Below the pieces are notes generated by a model. That model was not told where the DNA came from, searched no databases, and worked only from the letters and a program-made list of their open reading frames with translations. From Spizellomyces punctatus DAOM BR117 (Eukaryota): DNA of 64,000 nucleotides. The DNA lies in assembly GCA_000182565.2 (NCBI GenBank), contig KQ257456.1. One strand, 5' to 3'. The first letter of the stretch is position 1; every line of letters begins with the position of its first letter. A program made the translations under genes and the position numbers. Of the stretch, positions 1 through 11,813 are shown one piece after another.

Positions 1-808
1 GCCCACTTCGCGTTGCCCCCTTTGCCTTGCCTACGGGAACAGTCAGCCGTGCATTCGATGCGACCATTAGATCGACACCGAACACAACGTCTTATCCACC
101 CCTAATGGACACACCTGTACAGTAATACACTCCTACCCACCTTCTAATGCCAGTTTCGTCAATAGCAAAGTTTTCAATTTTGAAAGTGCAATATTGAGTC
201 CACAAGTCGACACTATTATGAATGGACACAACCCCACGTTCAAAGATCTGTCATGTCGTAACAATGTGAGAACACTGCACAACATTCAATATGAAGGACT
301 TTACAGCCTCCGCTGACCTCCTGTGCCTTCTCAGGTCCCTCCAGCGCATTCTCCCGATCCGCGTACTTTTTCCAATACCCAAAGCATAGAGGAAATTTCA
401 GCAGGAAATGATCATACACTGTCCGAAGATTTTGCTGGTCTTCTGCAGATGAGTTCTTCGTAACGTCACCGTTGGCACCCTCTGCAGCTGCAATCAGGTA
501 TTCCCAAGATTCAAAATCATCAGGATTCTTTCACATGGTTGGTTAGTAGGGCATTTCCGTCCGGTAGCAGTGAGTTAATGTACCTTGCTGACTGCGTCCC
601 ACAGCCGCTCCCAGTCCGATTGCTGTGGAACCTCATCCGCGTTAGGGTCTTTTGCTGCATCCCCGTCGTACTTTTGCATGTCCCTTCCGTTGGCCCCATC
701 AATGTGGTCTATAATGCGCATTATTACGAGAGCACCTGTGCGGTAAAGCTGTCCAAACAAATGCATACCACCATAAGCACCGTTACCCATAAGATAATCC
801 TCTGCCAT
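1..808 (-). CDS. PRP39: Pre-mRNA-processing factor 39 (U1 snRNP HAT-repeat protein), 5' part; continues beyond the window start
   Basis: Spliced translation gives WERLWDAVSK|NPDDFESWEYLIAAAE...VYDHFLLKFPLCFGYWKKYAD and IFERGVVSIHNSVDLWTQYCTF, typical Prp39 N-terminal HAT motifs; GT-AG introns. Confidence 0.9.
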
Positions 809-997
809 CTTGTGTTGTCAGGTGGTATGGACTAGGGTAGGATGTGCGATCGCGACGGATTTGACAAGATTTTGTTCGAAAAAGCAATTTGCAATCCGAT
901 GGAATGTCAAAGACACGTCAGGCATTTACCACGTGAACACGCTCGATCGTGAAGGCGACTTTCAGAATCCCGCCCTTGACCGCCACGGGTGAAAAGC

Positions 998-1616
998 ATG
1001 TTGAAGCCAAAAGTTATTACCCAAGTCCTTCAGCAAGCCAACACCGCAGGCGTTCACGCCGCACTGTAAGGATACGCTGTTTACATTGACGAGAGCATCA
1101 CCTCATACTCTGACTTTTAATGATATGCATTATGTGCGCTTCACCTTACTCTAGTCTCTTAAACCCCGACGGATCACTGGTGTCCTTTGCAGGGGGGACG
1201 GAGAAGGATGCCAAGGTCTTGGCAGCAGTGGCCAGTAATGTGTGGTTTGGATATGAGCGGTACGGTAAACCTCCTGCTGCGAATTCAGTGGAGGGTGGGG
1301 AGGGAAAAGAAGGTTTGCGAAATTTGATACTGGATTGCGAGGTGCGGTATTGTTAGTGCTATACTGGTGCTGGAATATTGGTTTTAAATCCAATATGTGT
1401 CATTGTATAAGCAAGGGAAGCTATCGATAACAAGGACAAGCAGGATGCTCTTATGTCTAGTGGCTGATGAAAGGGTGGAATGGGGTTTGCTAAAGGCAAA
1501 GGTAATTCCATACACATTCCCACCCCAAGATTTCATACTGATGCGATCTATCGGCTTAGACAAGAACACTGAAAGAATATTTGGAAGGGCCATTAAACTT
1601 GGTTGCGAGTTATTAA
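998..1616 (+). CDS. LAMTOR2: Ragulator complex subunit LAMTOR2 (roadblock domain), 4 exons
   Basis: MLKPKVITQVLQQANTAGVHAAL|LLNPDGSLVSFAG...LILDCE|QGKLSITR...LLCLVADERVEWGLLKAK|TRTLKEYLEGPL matches the LAMTOR2 pattern. Confidence 0.9.
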
Positions 1617-1786
1617 CGAGAGAGAAATCTTTGCCAAGCAGGCTGAGCATCTTGTCGTTCCCCATCTACTTTCTTGATTATGAATTATTGAATACATACA
1701 TAAAAGCGCTTTAACTATCTCCCTAAGTACAAATCGCCACTGATAGTTGGATGCATAACTACAATTACATTTAAGTTCGTATTTTG

Positions 1787-2440
1787 CTAACGCAGCGCTA
1801 GCGTTGACGCAACGAGAACGGCGACGAACGTGAAGATGCCCGAAGCAGACTTGAAGGCCCCACTATTAGGGCCCATAGTGTCCGGAGTTGTTACAAGAGG
1901 GAGCGAGTTCATAATCTTAAACTGTTGACTATTCGTCGGACCAGGGAAAGTGTCAGGCACGCAGTTTCCGTTCGCAGGAACCCTCTGGGGGTCAAGGTCG
2001 TCCATGACGTAGCGGATAAGGTAAAAAGCATCCTGGAGCGATGGAATAGTCCAGGTGTAGTTTCTAGTGTCACGCGGAAGGTTCTCCTCAATGGCTTTCC
2101 AGCCGTTGTTAGTGATGGCCTGGTCTGCACGCTGATAGTAGAGCGCAACCTTCCTAGCTGGGAAGCGGCCGGTGTCGACAAAATCGCTGTAATGCCAGGA
2201 AATGTTGAGGGTTCCGCCCACGGCAACTACCGTAGTGGAGCGCGGGGAATCTACGATTATACTGCCTGGACGGGTACCGCAAGGCGGCATCGGTTGGGTG
2301 GTGTTTGTTTGATTTGTGTTGTTTCCGCCATTTGCGCCGCCGTTTCCTGGAGGAGGAGCCTGGCCTTGCACTAGCACTGCAAGCACCAGGAATGCGATGG
2401 CCAACCAGAATGTGAACCGTACCGTTCTATAAGCGGTCAT
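1787..2440 (-). CDS. Secreted, probably GPI-anchored protein with a Kre9/Knh1-like Ig fold
   Basis: Hydrophobic signal peptide, motifs VGGTLNISW and NYTWTIPS, C-terminal NSG followed by a hydrophobic tail; single exon; first ATG at 2440. Confidence 0.7.
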   Translation of the reverse strand: MTAYRTVRFTFWLAIAFLVLAVLVQGQAPPPGNGGANGGNNTNQTNTTQPMPPCGTRPGSIIVDSPRSTTVVAVGGTLNISWHYSDFVDTGRFPARKVALYYQRADQAITNNGWKAIEENLPRDTRNYTWTIPSLQDAFYLIRYVMDDLDPQRVPANGNCVPDTFPGPTNSQQFKIMNSLPLVTTPDTMGPNSGAFKSASGIFTFVAVLVASTLALR

Positions 2441-2570
2441 AGTGAGGAGGAATGCGCTCAAAGCAACTGGCGGGGGGGCGAAGCGATGGGCGACCGTTTT
2501 TATGCTTTCCTTTCTGTTCGTAAGCTATGGCGCGTTTGAAACGGGACCCCAGCGCCGCGCGTAATCAACT

Positions 2571-2585
2571 GTTGCCCATAGCAAC
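2571..2585. promoter_or_regulatory. Candidate RFX X-box in a divergent promoter
   Basis: GTTGCC-CAT-AGCAAC fits GTNRCC-N0-3-RGYAAC. Confidence 0.35.
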
Positions 2586-2649
2586 GACTACCCATCGAGT
2601 GCCCTCCAAAGCGCTATCGCTTCAGCCCAACCACCCAACGATCATCACA

Positions 2650-3394
2650 ATGTCCCTCCTCCGCTTACCTGCTCGCCGATTCACAGGCTTGCCTCGTCCA
2701 ACCCTTGTATATGCACAGCAAATCCGACTTGTTTCCTCGGAGAAACTGCAAAAGCTCTCGGGCGAACCGCTAGCAGACAAGGAGCACGAAAACCTTGTCA
2801 TTCCCTCACCAAAGGGACAGCGCGATGTGTTTGAAGCCGACGCCTGCAGCGGTAGGCGTGCGATGTAGGAGGATTGGCATTATTGGAACTATTGTTAAAT
2901 GCTCCCCTTTGTATGTGTAGGTGTCCCTCCGGAAATCTCAAGACGTTCTGTGAAGATTTTTAAACCAGCGCGCAATGCCATGCAACAAGGAACTGCAAAC
3001 AGTGAGAATTGGAGAATTGATTTCGACGTACAGGAGCGGTGGGAAAACCCACTAATGGGTTGGGCTAGTAGGTACTATTCACACAATTGGAATTTCTTGT
3101 TGACACCAAGTTACCGGGTCCCCGCATGCAACTGACCACTCTTTCAGCCACGATGCGGTTCAAGGTGTACGAATGAACTTTGCATCCAAGGAGGATGCCA
3201 TATTGTTTGCTGAGCGCCAGGGTTACGAGTATTGGGTGGAGGAACCAAAGCCAGAAAAATTCCGGGTGAAGACTTACGCAGACAATTTCAAGGTAATAGA
3301 TTTATGGTGATCTTTTCTTCCTTTTCGCTGAGCTGTACTCATTCATATCGAGCAGTATGTTCCCGGCAAGCTTCGCATGATCAAAACCAAGTGA
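2650..3394 (+). CDS. NDUFS4: NADH:ubiquinone oxidoreductase subunit NDUFS4, 4 exons
   Basis: Arg-rich presequence [27 protein letters not shown]...[47 protein letters not shown]. Confidence 0.95.
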
Positions 3395-4073
3395 GATAAC
3401 AACAGTAGTCTCCCCGGAGAGGTCTGTGTGTCGCGATGCCCGCCGCATGGAACCGCATGGAGACTAGCCTGTTGATATACCATAACCAGAACTGATCTTA
3501 GAGAAACCCCATTGATATTTTAATACACAGCGGCTAGTCCAAAGAACCTCCCTGACGATTGCTGCATTGAGCAGAATTGACGAGCAATCACCGTAAATGT
3601 ACAGACCCATGAGACAGTACATTTGTCCACCTTGGGTAGCCGAATCGTCTTCCCTGCTCTCAACACCAATGACCCCTTTGTAACTCTTAAAGGCAAAAGG
3701 ATTGACGATGACCACACCGCGAGCAATCGATCCATTTTCAGGTTTTCCAGCGTGGAGAGTTCTGCCCAAGAAGGTCTAATTTCCTCGTGGGCCAATCAAA
3801 TGGACAACAAAAGGGTTTCTCCGCCTTTTTGCAGTCGTCACCCGTCTCAACCTTCACAACCAAATGCGTGTTAAGCTCATTGACGCGTGCACTTTGTTTT
3901 AACTTTCCGCGTTGCTATATTGTGACGTAATGGCTGCGTACCCTCCCCTTAATCATCCGGTTGAGTATAAAAGAAGAGCCCTCCAGTCGGGTTGCAAGGC
4001 CTCTATTCTCCAATCACCGAGCTACTCAATTTCCGATACGCCAATTCTTTCCGATTATCTACTTTTCTAAAAC

Positions 4074-4867
4074 ATGTCCAGCAACAAGAATGTTCACGTA
4101 GTTGATGCCGTCATCTATGACCACAAGGAAATTCAAACTTACTACGAAGTGAGTAGCAATTGCAGACGGTCTAATGGTCGTATAAGGCCACCCTGGAAGC
4201 TACATTGAACGCTGACAGGTCCGACACCGATAAATCAAGCATGCTGATCCCTCTCTCTTCATCTTTGCTAGCAATACCTTGCTAATGATGGGAAGCCGAC
4301 AGAGCAACAGAAATGGGTCAACCAATTGTTCTGGGAAATCGCCAGACACTCAATTGCTGAGGAGTTGATCGTGTACCCTGCTCTTGAAAAACATGTAACC
4401 AACGGCAAGGCCATTGCCGATAAGGATCGCCAAGAGCACCAGCAAGTCAAGAACGACATTTACGAACTCCAGAAGAAGACGGCTGGCAAGGACGCTGATT
4501 TCGATGCACTCTTGGCCAAAATGATGAGGGAATTGCGTCAACATATCCAGGAAGAGGAGACTGAAGACTTGCCAAAACTGAGAAGTGCATTGCAAAATGA
4601 GGAAGGCACGAAGCTAGGACGAGAGTTCCAGATGACAAAAAAGTTTGTTCCTACTCGGTAAGTTGTTTCAAAAGTGCACGTTCTTAAGCGTTTTGGCATG
4701 TTCATCTAATTTGGTCATCCATTCATCCTTCCAGCTCTCACCCCTCGGCCCCCGACAAGCCACCATTCGAAACTGTGGTTGGCCTTCTCACCGCCCCATT
4801 GGACAAGCTTCGTGATATGTTTAGTAAATTCCCCACCCAGGAGGAACTTAAGGCAGTGGAGCCTTAA
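4074..4867 (+). CDS. Hemerythrin/HHE cation-binding domain protein, 3 exons
   Basis: VVDAVIYDHKEI; EIARHSIAEELIVYP; DRQEHQQVK; LRQHIQEEETEDLP; PTRSHPSAPDKPPFE. TATAAAAG at 3966. Confidence 0.9.
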
Positions 4868-5229
4868 ATGTGCCCATATGGTCATGGTTTATAGGATTCT
4901 TGTATTCATAGTTTTGTAAGAATGAACATTTTTTTCATATTCGTATTCTGGATCCTCTTCATACTGGTTTTGGTGCATAAGCAACCAGCAATTACCTTGT
5001 GCACTCAAAGACCAATTAACATGTAGCATTTAACTGGGACTTCGGCACCTACGATTCCCCTCATCGCCGCCATTTCCGTGCTATTCTTCATTCCAACCCA
5101 TAACATAAAAACATACATACAAGAAAAGTACCCTCCATACAACCAAGTGCGGATACAGCCGGTAACAAAAATAAAATGCTCATGCTCTAAAATGGCCAAA
5201 AAGTGACTAGAACTATCGTTAAATTCCAA

Positions 5230-6015
5230 CTATGTAGTAAATTGGGCTTGCTGTGCGGCGTAATGGGCAGCGAGCGCTTGCAATTGCTGTGGTGTGATGG
5301 AAGGTAGTGTGCCTTGCTGCCCTTGCTGACCTGCCGTCGCTTGCTGATGTTGTAGCTGCTGTTGGAGCTGTTGTAGTGTAGCTTGCTGTTGAACCGCTGC
5401 ATGACTTGCTTGTTGCTGCTGCCGTAGTTGCTGTGCTGTTTGCTGATGATGTTGCAGTGCCAAGGCGTAAGCAACCGCTGCAGAGTTGAGCGCTGCCTGG
5501 TTCATCGCTGCCTGGTTTGCTGCAGCCTCATCAGTGGGAGAGTCCGACAAACCGTTGATCCCCAAATCCTCTTTCGGTATTGACGCAGCGCGCTCGAGTT
5601 TTGTTGCTTCCCGATATTTGTGCAGATAAACTTTTAATGTTTCACAGTAGTTTTCAAATCCCAGTGATTGCATCGCCCACAAAATATCTTCGCCGTTTAT
5701 AGTTTTCCGTTTCTCTTGTTGACACCGATCACTCGCTACAGGTGAAGCCAAAAAAGAGTATCATGCTCGATGCTGAATGGACAGCAAAGCTTCACAGCTA
5801 GCAGGGTACAAACCTTCAGAGGTGATAAACGAAATGAACTCTGACACACACTCTTGAACACACTCTTTGGCATCTTTTGCAATTTTAGCGTTATTTGGGA
5901 GGCCTCTTTTCATGAGTCTGGCGACATTGGCAATGGGAAGGAACCGGTCCTGTTCACGATCTATATCGTCGTACGCTCCATTCCCTCCTCCCGTATTCGA
6001 TCCTGTGTCGGACAT
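5230..6015 (-). CDS. HAP3: CCAAT-binding factor subunit B (NF-YB/Hap3) with a Gln/Ala-rich C-terminus
   Basis: [17 protein letters not shown]...[46 protein letters not shown] histone-fold motif. Confidence 0.95.
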
Positions 6016-6368
6016 GCTCCGGTCCAGCTTTATATCGTGGTGTTGGTCGTGGTCAGAGGGTCTGGCGAACCAACTCCGCGTCTGCTTGGGTAAGTGAAAG
6101 GCCGTTGGTTGGGCGAAAAGCGGACGAACCCCAGAAGGACAACGCCACCTCCAACTGTTGTGTTTCAGCACATGACCAGAGTCTTAGCTAAGCCATTCAA
6201 CCAGCAACTTTCTTCTTTTTCAATTGCCTTGTCGTTTATTATTGCTATTATGGCTGCAGATGGTAGCAACCAGTGCCCAAACAATGGCTCCCACACTATG
6301 TACATAATGCGCATTTCGCTTATTTAAATATAAATCCAAATCTAGCCCCACTATCAAGCTTGACCATT

Positions 6369-7214
6369 CTACAATACATTCCACATTTCCTCGTATGCAC
6401 ATGTAAGTTTTCCGCATGTGACCGACGCAGAAAGAGGATACTCGGATATTGATATCTTATCGTCCACGATGTCATCCACCCAGTTATCCGGACCATGAGC
6501 CATTGCGCCAATGAAGTAGACGACGGGTTCATCGGATGGTAAGGTTGCCACGTATGAATTTAGTCGGACAGCTTGAACTTCGGACGACATGGCTGACATG
6601 GGAAGGTGGTCAATCGTCGTATACAATGATGGAGCCAGGCACCATGGAAATGAGAAAAACTTACTTATTTTTCTGCAATTGGGTGGTAAATGGTCTGTAA
6701 TAGGATTTTTGATAACTTTGAGAAGCTTCTCAGGCCCGTTCACCGATCTGATGCTCAGTTTGTGAAGAAGTTGCACTGCGGCAAGACAAAAAGGTAGTTG
6801 ACAATGAATAGAGTCCTCTACACATAAAAAACCGACAGAACATTACGTACCCATCAATCCACAAAAGCGCTTGAATGTCCTCGGTATTCGCACATGTGGG
6901 TTCACTTCTATCAAAACGTTTTTCGTTGTATGGATGTATACTTGCAGCAATCCCGCCTTGTTCAGAGGACTGTCGAGTAATGTTAGGAGACACTGGTGGG
7001 TAATGTCAGGCCGCGACTCCGACACATCTTTGCCGTGCTTCTTGAGGAGGTGGTGGTGATCGTCACAGTTTAGAAGAGCATAGTGGCCTTCCTTTCCTTT
7101 GCCCAACTTGACTGTTTCCAGTGACGCTTGCTGGAGAACCACAATCAAGCGTTTAGCTGTGGATTTCTCCTTTGCGACTTTCGGAGGAGCTGGGGGTTTG
7201 GCAATACTGTTCAT
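6369..7214 (-). CDS. EMG1: 18S rRNA pseudouridine N1-methyltransferase Emg1/Nep1, 3 exons
   Basis: [57 protein letters not shown]. Confidence 0.97.
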
Positions 7215-7464
7215 CGCCGATAGGTGGTGGGGGACTGAGAAAGACCGGCAATTGAAAACCCGGAGATCCGACGAATTTCAGTTTAAAATGTGGTCCTTGA
7301 ACGATGATGAGCAAAGCAAAAAGAAATACAAGTAGCCATCCAGCCATTTCACTTGTGCGGTTGCATGGAATTTTATGGTTCAAATGGGTTGATCGCGTCT
7401 TACGTCCTGGGATACAGCTCGTTCATGACGGGAAAAACATGTTTATAGAATATACAGATTTTTT

Positions 7465-8802
7465 CTACTTTCGCCGGGTTTTCACGCCATGCCAGATTCC
7501 GAAAGCAAAAATAGGTGCCGCTACCAAGGTGTACTAATATTACAAATTGGGCAGCTTTAGCATACGGACATGTTCATGTGCAAGTTAAGGTCCTTACCAT
7601 GACGAGGGTTGATGTGCCCCGCCCGTTATTAGATCGCTTACTCTTTGTATCTCCTTTCCCGTCCTGTTGCTCTAGCACCATCAACCTTCGCTCCACCCTA
7701 TCCAGCCTTTGCATCACAGCATCTAATAGCGCAACGACATCCTCGTTAAGACGCTGGGTTGCTTCCGGTGACATGCGTTGCTGCTGGAGGGCAAAATGGT
7801 CTCGTAGCTCGCCTGCGTTCGTTAACACTTCCTCAGCTAGAGCGACGGCAATATCCGGTGGTGGAGGTATTGGTGGTGTCGATGGTGATGGCAAGACTTC
7901 CGCCAGCAGTGGAGGTGTATCAGGCTCTGGAATTGAAGGGACATCGCGTGGAATGAGGGTTGGAGAAGATGGTGAATCTTTTGGGGTCGCTCTCTTCGAG
8001 CGATGTGAGTGCCCTTGCACATCTTCGAAGGAGAATCGGTCCTCCTCGTCGCTGTAACTGCATTTCCGCGTTAGCGAAGGCGAGGTCCAACTCATCTGCG
8101 GCGTTACCTCATTTCCTGGACAAATCTTCTAGTTTCCTGAAACAATGTTTCCACTTCCTGCCTGGGCAACCATGCAATTCAGAACCCAGTAGCCAATGAG
8201 CAAGGATATAGAACCCTTACCTGTCTCCGGGTTGAACGTGACGCTTGATATATGCATCAACTTGAGCTTCGGGTAAATCGGCAAATTGCTGCAAGATGGG
8301 AAGAGCTTCTTCAAGATAATGTTGCATAGCCTCTTCCTTGGGCATGTCCCCTTTGCCAACAGCCAATACATTAGCATGTCAAGAAAATATGATATGCATC
8401 ATAAGAGCGAACTATGCAGGTACCTAAACGATTCCACGCATCCCTACAGCACGTAGCAAAAAAAAAGAAGACACAACAAAGTGTTCATACACGTCCGTAG
8501 GTCTTATACTCCAAAGAGACTTACCATTTGTATCTCCCAGCAATATCGAACCACCCGGGTCTTGTGGGGATATTGCATTTTCCTAACGTCGCCTGCAATC
8601 AGACAGACGAACGTCAGGGGAAAGGACACATATAGGGCAACAATGCCAGCTGCCAGTCTCAAAGCAAGGCCAGACTATTGACCTGTTTATAGAAGGCATA
8701 GAGCTCCAGCTTCTTGGCATTGCTAATTGGAGCGACATGTGGGAGCTGTTCTTTCGGGGCGGCAGAAATGAGGGTGACGGCCCTCAGAAAACGTTCCTCC
8801 AT
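7465..8802 (-). CDS. Acyl-CoA-binding domain protein with a coiled coil and C-terminal transmembrane tail (ACBD4/5-like); start may lie upstream at 8943
   Basis: EERFLRAV...KLELYAFYKQ|ATLGKCNIPTRPGWFDIAGRYKW|DAWNRL|GDMPKEEAMQHY is an ACBP fold; then a Pro-rich linker, MQRLDRVERRLMVLE, and last exon YTLVAAPIFAFGIWHGVKTRRK*. Confidence 0.8.
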
Positions 8803-9131
8803 GATACTCCAGAGCGCGCTCGCTACGGTAATACTCCCACTTGCAGCCGGAACTTCAGATAGTCTTAAAGAGGTCGTGGTCGGGCTTGCTAAAGGTCTTT
8901 GGAAGACTTTGGGATGTGATGCGAAGGATCGCCAGCGTGACATACGCTGCCCAAATCGGGACAGATTGCCATGCGTCACGCGGCTAAATCATAGATCCTG
9001 TAAGTTTGATCAAATATCACAATCAACGATGTGTTTATATAAAAGATATGGTTACAAGTCGCCTATCCATTGTCATGTAATTCGCAATATGTAAATGTGT
9101 TGACTCAAAAACTAAACATCTGCAACTAAAT

Positions 9132-10287
9132 CTAGCGTGCTGCCCACTTCTTCTCCAATTGCACCAGAATTTCAGCTGTATCCTTGACGGACTGCTTTAG
9201 CTGAATGAAATCAATTCCGAGCACCTTATTGGCACGCTCCCCATAGACAATAGTCTCGTCACCATTACGGATCTTCCCCGGGTTACCTTTAGGTATCGGT
9301 CGGTCAGGGTACAACTCTCGCAAAATGTCAGCGACTTCTTGCCATGAGAGTGTGCCCGCGGAGGTGAGAAAACGTTGTCCACCAGCCTCGGGGCGTACCA
9401 ACGCCTCAACGTGAGCTTTAGCCACATCTCGGACATCGACAAACGCATTACTAGGAGAACCGGCGTCAATAGACTTATGCTCTCCCGCCAGGTACTTGTA
9501 CAGCAATCCGACTGAAGTGGGGATAGCGTCCGGCGACGGTACATCCGTGATGATTGGCCCAAAGACAAAGACTGGATTGATAGTCACCACGTCAAATTTC
9601 GGCTGTCAGCAGGCGTAACTATGTTAATACGATACCTAACCCAACCAAAGGCGAATCAAAGCAATTACCTTTCTCTCCTTGACGAATGTCCAGGTTTTTC
9701 GTTCAGCCTCGGCTTTGGAGGCTCGATAAGCAACAGCAGGGGCTACATCTTTTCCTTTCTCCTCAACCTCTTTCAATGCCCAGTTATTCCAGTCCTCCTC
9801 AGTAAACTTGTAACCAGGAGCCGCAGGATGAGCAATGGCTGCGAAAGATGACGTGATGACCACCCGATGGATTCCTTCGGTGGCAGCCGCAGCTTCCAAA
9901 AGGGAAAGAGTGCCTCGAACTGCGGGATTAATCAGATCCTTCCAGGGATCTTCGACTTTGTAATGGAATGGACTTGCAACGTGCGCGATTCCCGCCACAC
10001 CTGAATTATCAAAGTTATCATCTGCTGCGTTACAGTAGCTGCAATTCAGAGATACCTTTCACAGCTTCATCAAATCCACCATCCTTTTCGAGATCTTCCA
10101 CGACGGTAAACTCAACCTTGTCACCGTACGACGCGAAGCGCTGCTTCAGATGCTCCGCTTTTGCAAGAGATCGCACTGTTCCTCTCACACGAAAGCCAGC
10201 CGCAAGTAGTTGCTCTGCTACGTGTGCGGCTATGAAGCCAGTAATGCCAGTGACGAGGATCTTTGAGCCAGCAGGTACGACAGACAT
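9132..10287 (-). CDS. NAD(P)H-dependent aldehyde/methylglyoxal reductase, extended SDR (Gre2/dihydroflavonol-reductase-like)
   Basis: ILVTGITGFIAAHV, HVASP, VVITSSFAA, YRASK (YxxxK), FVDVRDVAKAHV. Confidence 0.92.
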
Positions 10288-10528
10288 GGTGAGGAAGGTA
10301 CGGCCGAGGGTTAGATGAGAAGTGGTCGTCTTTTATGCCGCCGTTTGACAATCAATCATTCCATGATGAGATGACGCTCGATTGATGATTACTCATCAGA
10401 GAAGCCACGACGTGCCGGCTCGAACCATCAAATGTGGTTCCATAATTCTTTTTGGATTTTCGGAGCTGCGTTTGCAATCCAACACTCACCAAAGTTTCTG
10501 CAATTGCAAACGACACAAGAGGTCAACC

Positions 10529-11726
10529 ATGGACGTCGTTGCACAGCTTCAGACGCTCAAGGACAAATAGTATGTATTTTATTTGCTGCTCGCAAGGGAT
10601 ATACTATGCCATTCCTCAGCTATTGACCCGGCATATTAGTAAATCGACAGAGGTGGAAAAGGCTATTCCTGTAGACTTTGACCTGCGCAACCTCGTCGCA
10701 TTTGACACAAATCCTGTGGACCATGCCCTACTCCGCTCTAGCCCAGATACTTACCTCAAAAACCTCGCACGGGAAGGGGCCCAACTGCTCGTGAACCAGA
10801 TTTTTGGTCTACCAACAGAGACAGCCCAGGAGGGCGTGTTTGCAAAGCTACCAGATGCAACCACCCAAATACCTCGAGCAAAACCGGTATGATGGGATGA
10901 CTGTTACCATTCACTAAGCATTTTCGACTACGAGAGACTCACGATGTTGATTTTCATCAGATTCCCAAAGAAAAAGCCCTGACCCGATGGGAGAACTTTG
11001 CCAAAACCAAAGGAATTCAAAAGCGTAAAACATCTCGAATGGTGTATGATGAGGGCGTCGGCGACTACAAGCCACGATGGGGATACAAAGGGGCTAATCA
11101 GACAACTGATGATTGGTTACTGGAGGTGCCGGATAATGCCGGTAGGTGCACTTCATACTTTCAGACCTGCAGGAAGTTCCAGAAGGGTAACGCCTAACGC
11201 CATGTAATTGAACTGTAGACCCAATGGAGGACCAGTATGAAAAGCGCCGAGAGGAAAAGAAGGAGAGGGTCGAGAAGAACAAGAAGCAACAACGTCGCAA
11301 CGCTGAAGAGGCCAGCGCCACCGCTGCGGGTCGGAATCCGCGCGAAGCTCGGAAGGCAGAAATACAGAAGAAGATTGTGGAGTCCAAAGGATCGACTGCT
11401 AGTCTGGGTAGATTCGACGCACAACTAAGAAATGAGGATAAGATCAAGATTAAGCGGGGAAAACGCAAATTCGAACCTGCAACGGTGGACGCTTCAATTG
11501 AGAAGGAGGGGGCGATGAAAGTGGCCAAGAAGGTATTGAAAGGCGAGGATGGAAAAGTACTCAACATTACGAAGGTATGCACGACAGAATATATGGGCAT
11601 GTGGAAGACTTGGCTAATATTGGACAACCTTTCGATGTATAGGCTGTGAAGCAAGTACATCAAAAGGGAGGGCTGCGAAATGTAGATATGGAAGAAGGTA
11701 AAAAGAAGAAAAGAAGAACGAAATGA
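10529..11726 (+). CDS. RRS1: Ribosome biogenesis regulatory protein Rrs1, 5 exons
   Basis: DFDLRNLVAFDTNP, AREGAQLLVNQIFGLP, LPDATTQIPRAKP|IPKEKALTRWENFAKTKGIQKRK, PRWGYKG, STASLGRFD. Confidence 0.95.
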
Positions 11727-11813
11727 TGTATATACATTTATTTACGTGTAGAGTTTACGGCATTTGAGCGTTTCTTGTACAATCTTGATACAGCCTTTAA
11801 AGTCCTTTCCCAA

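Noticed and set aside
3464..3874. Overlapping short ORFs between NDUFS4 and the hemerythrin gene
   Set aside because: Non-ATG starts and no homology cues.
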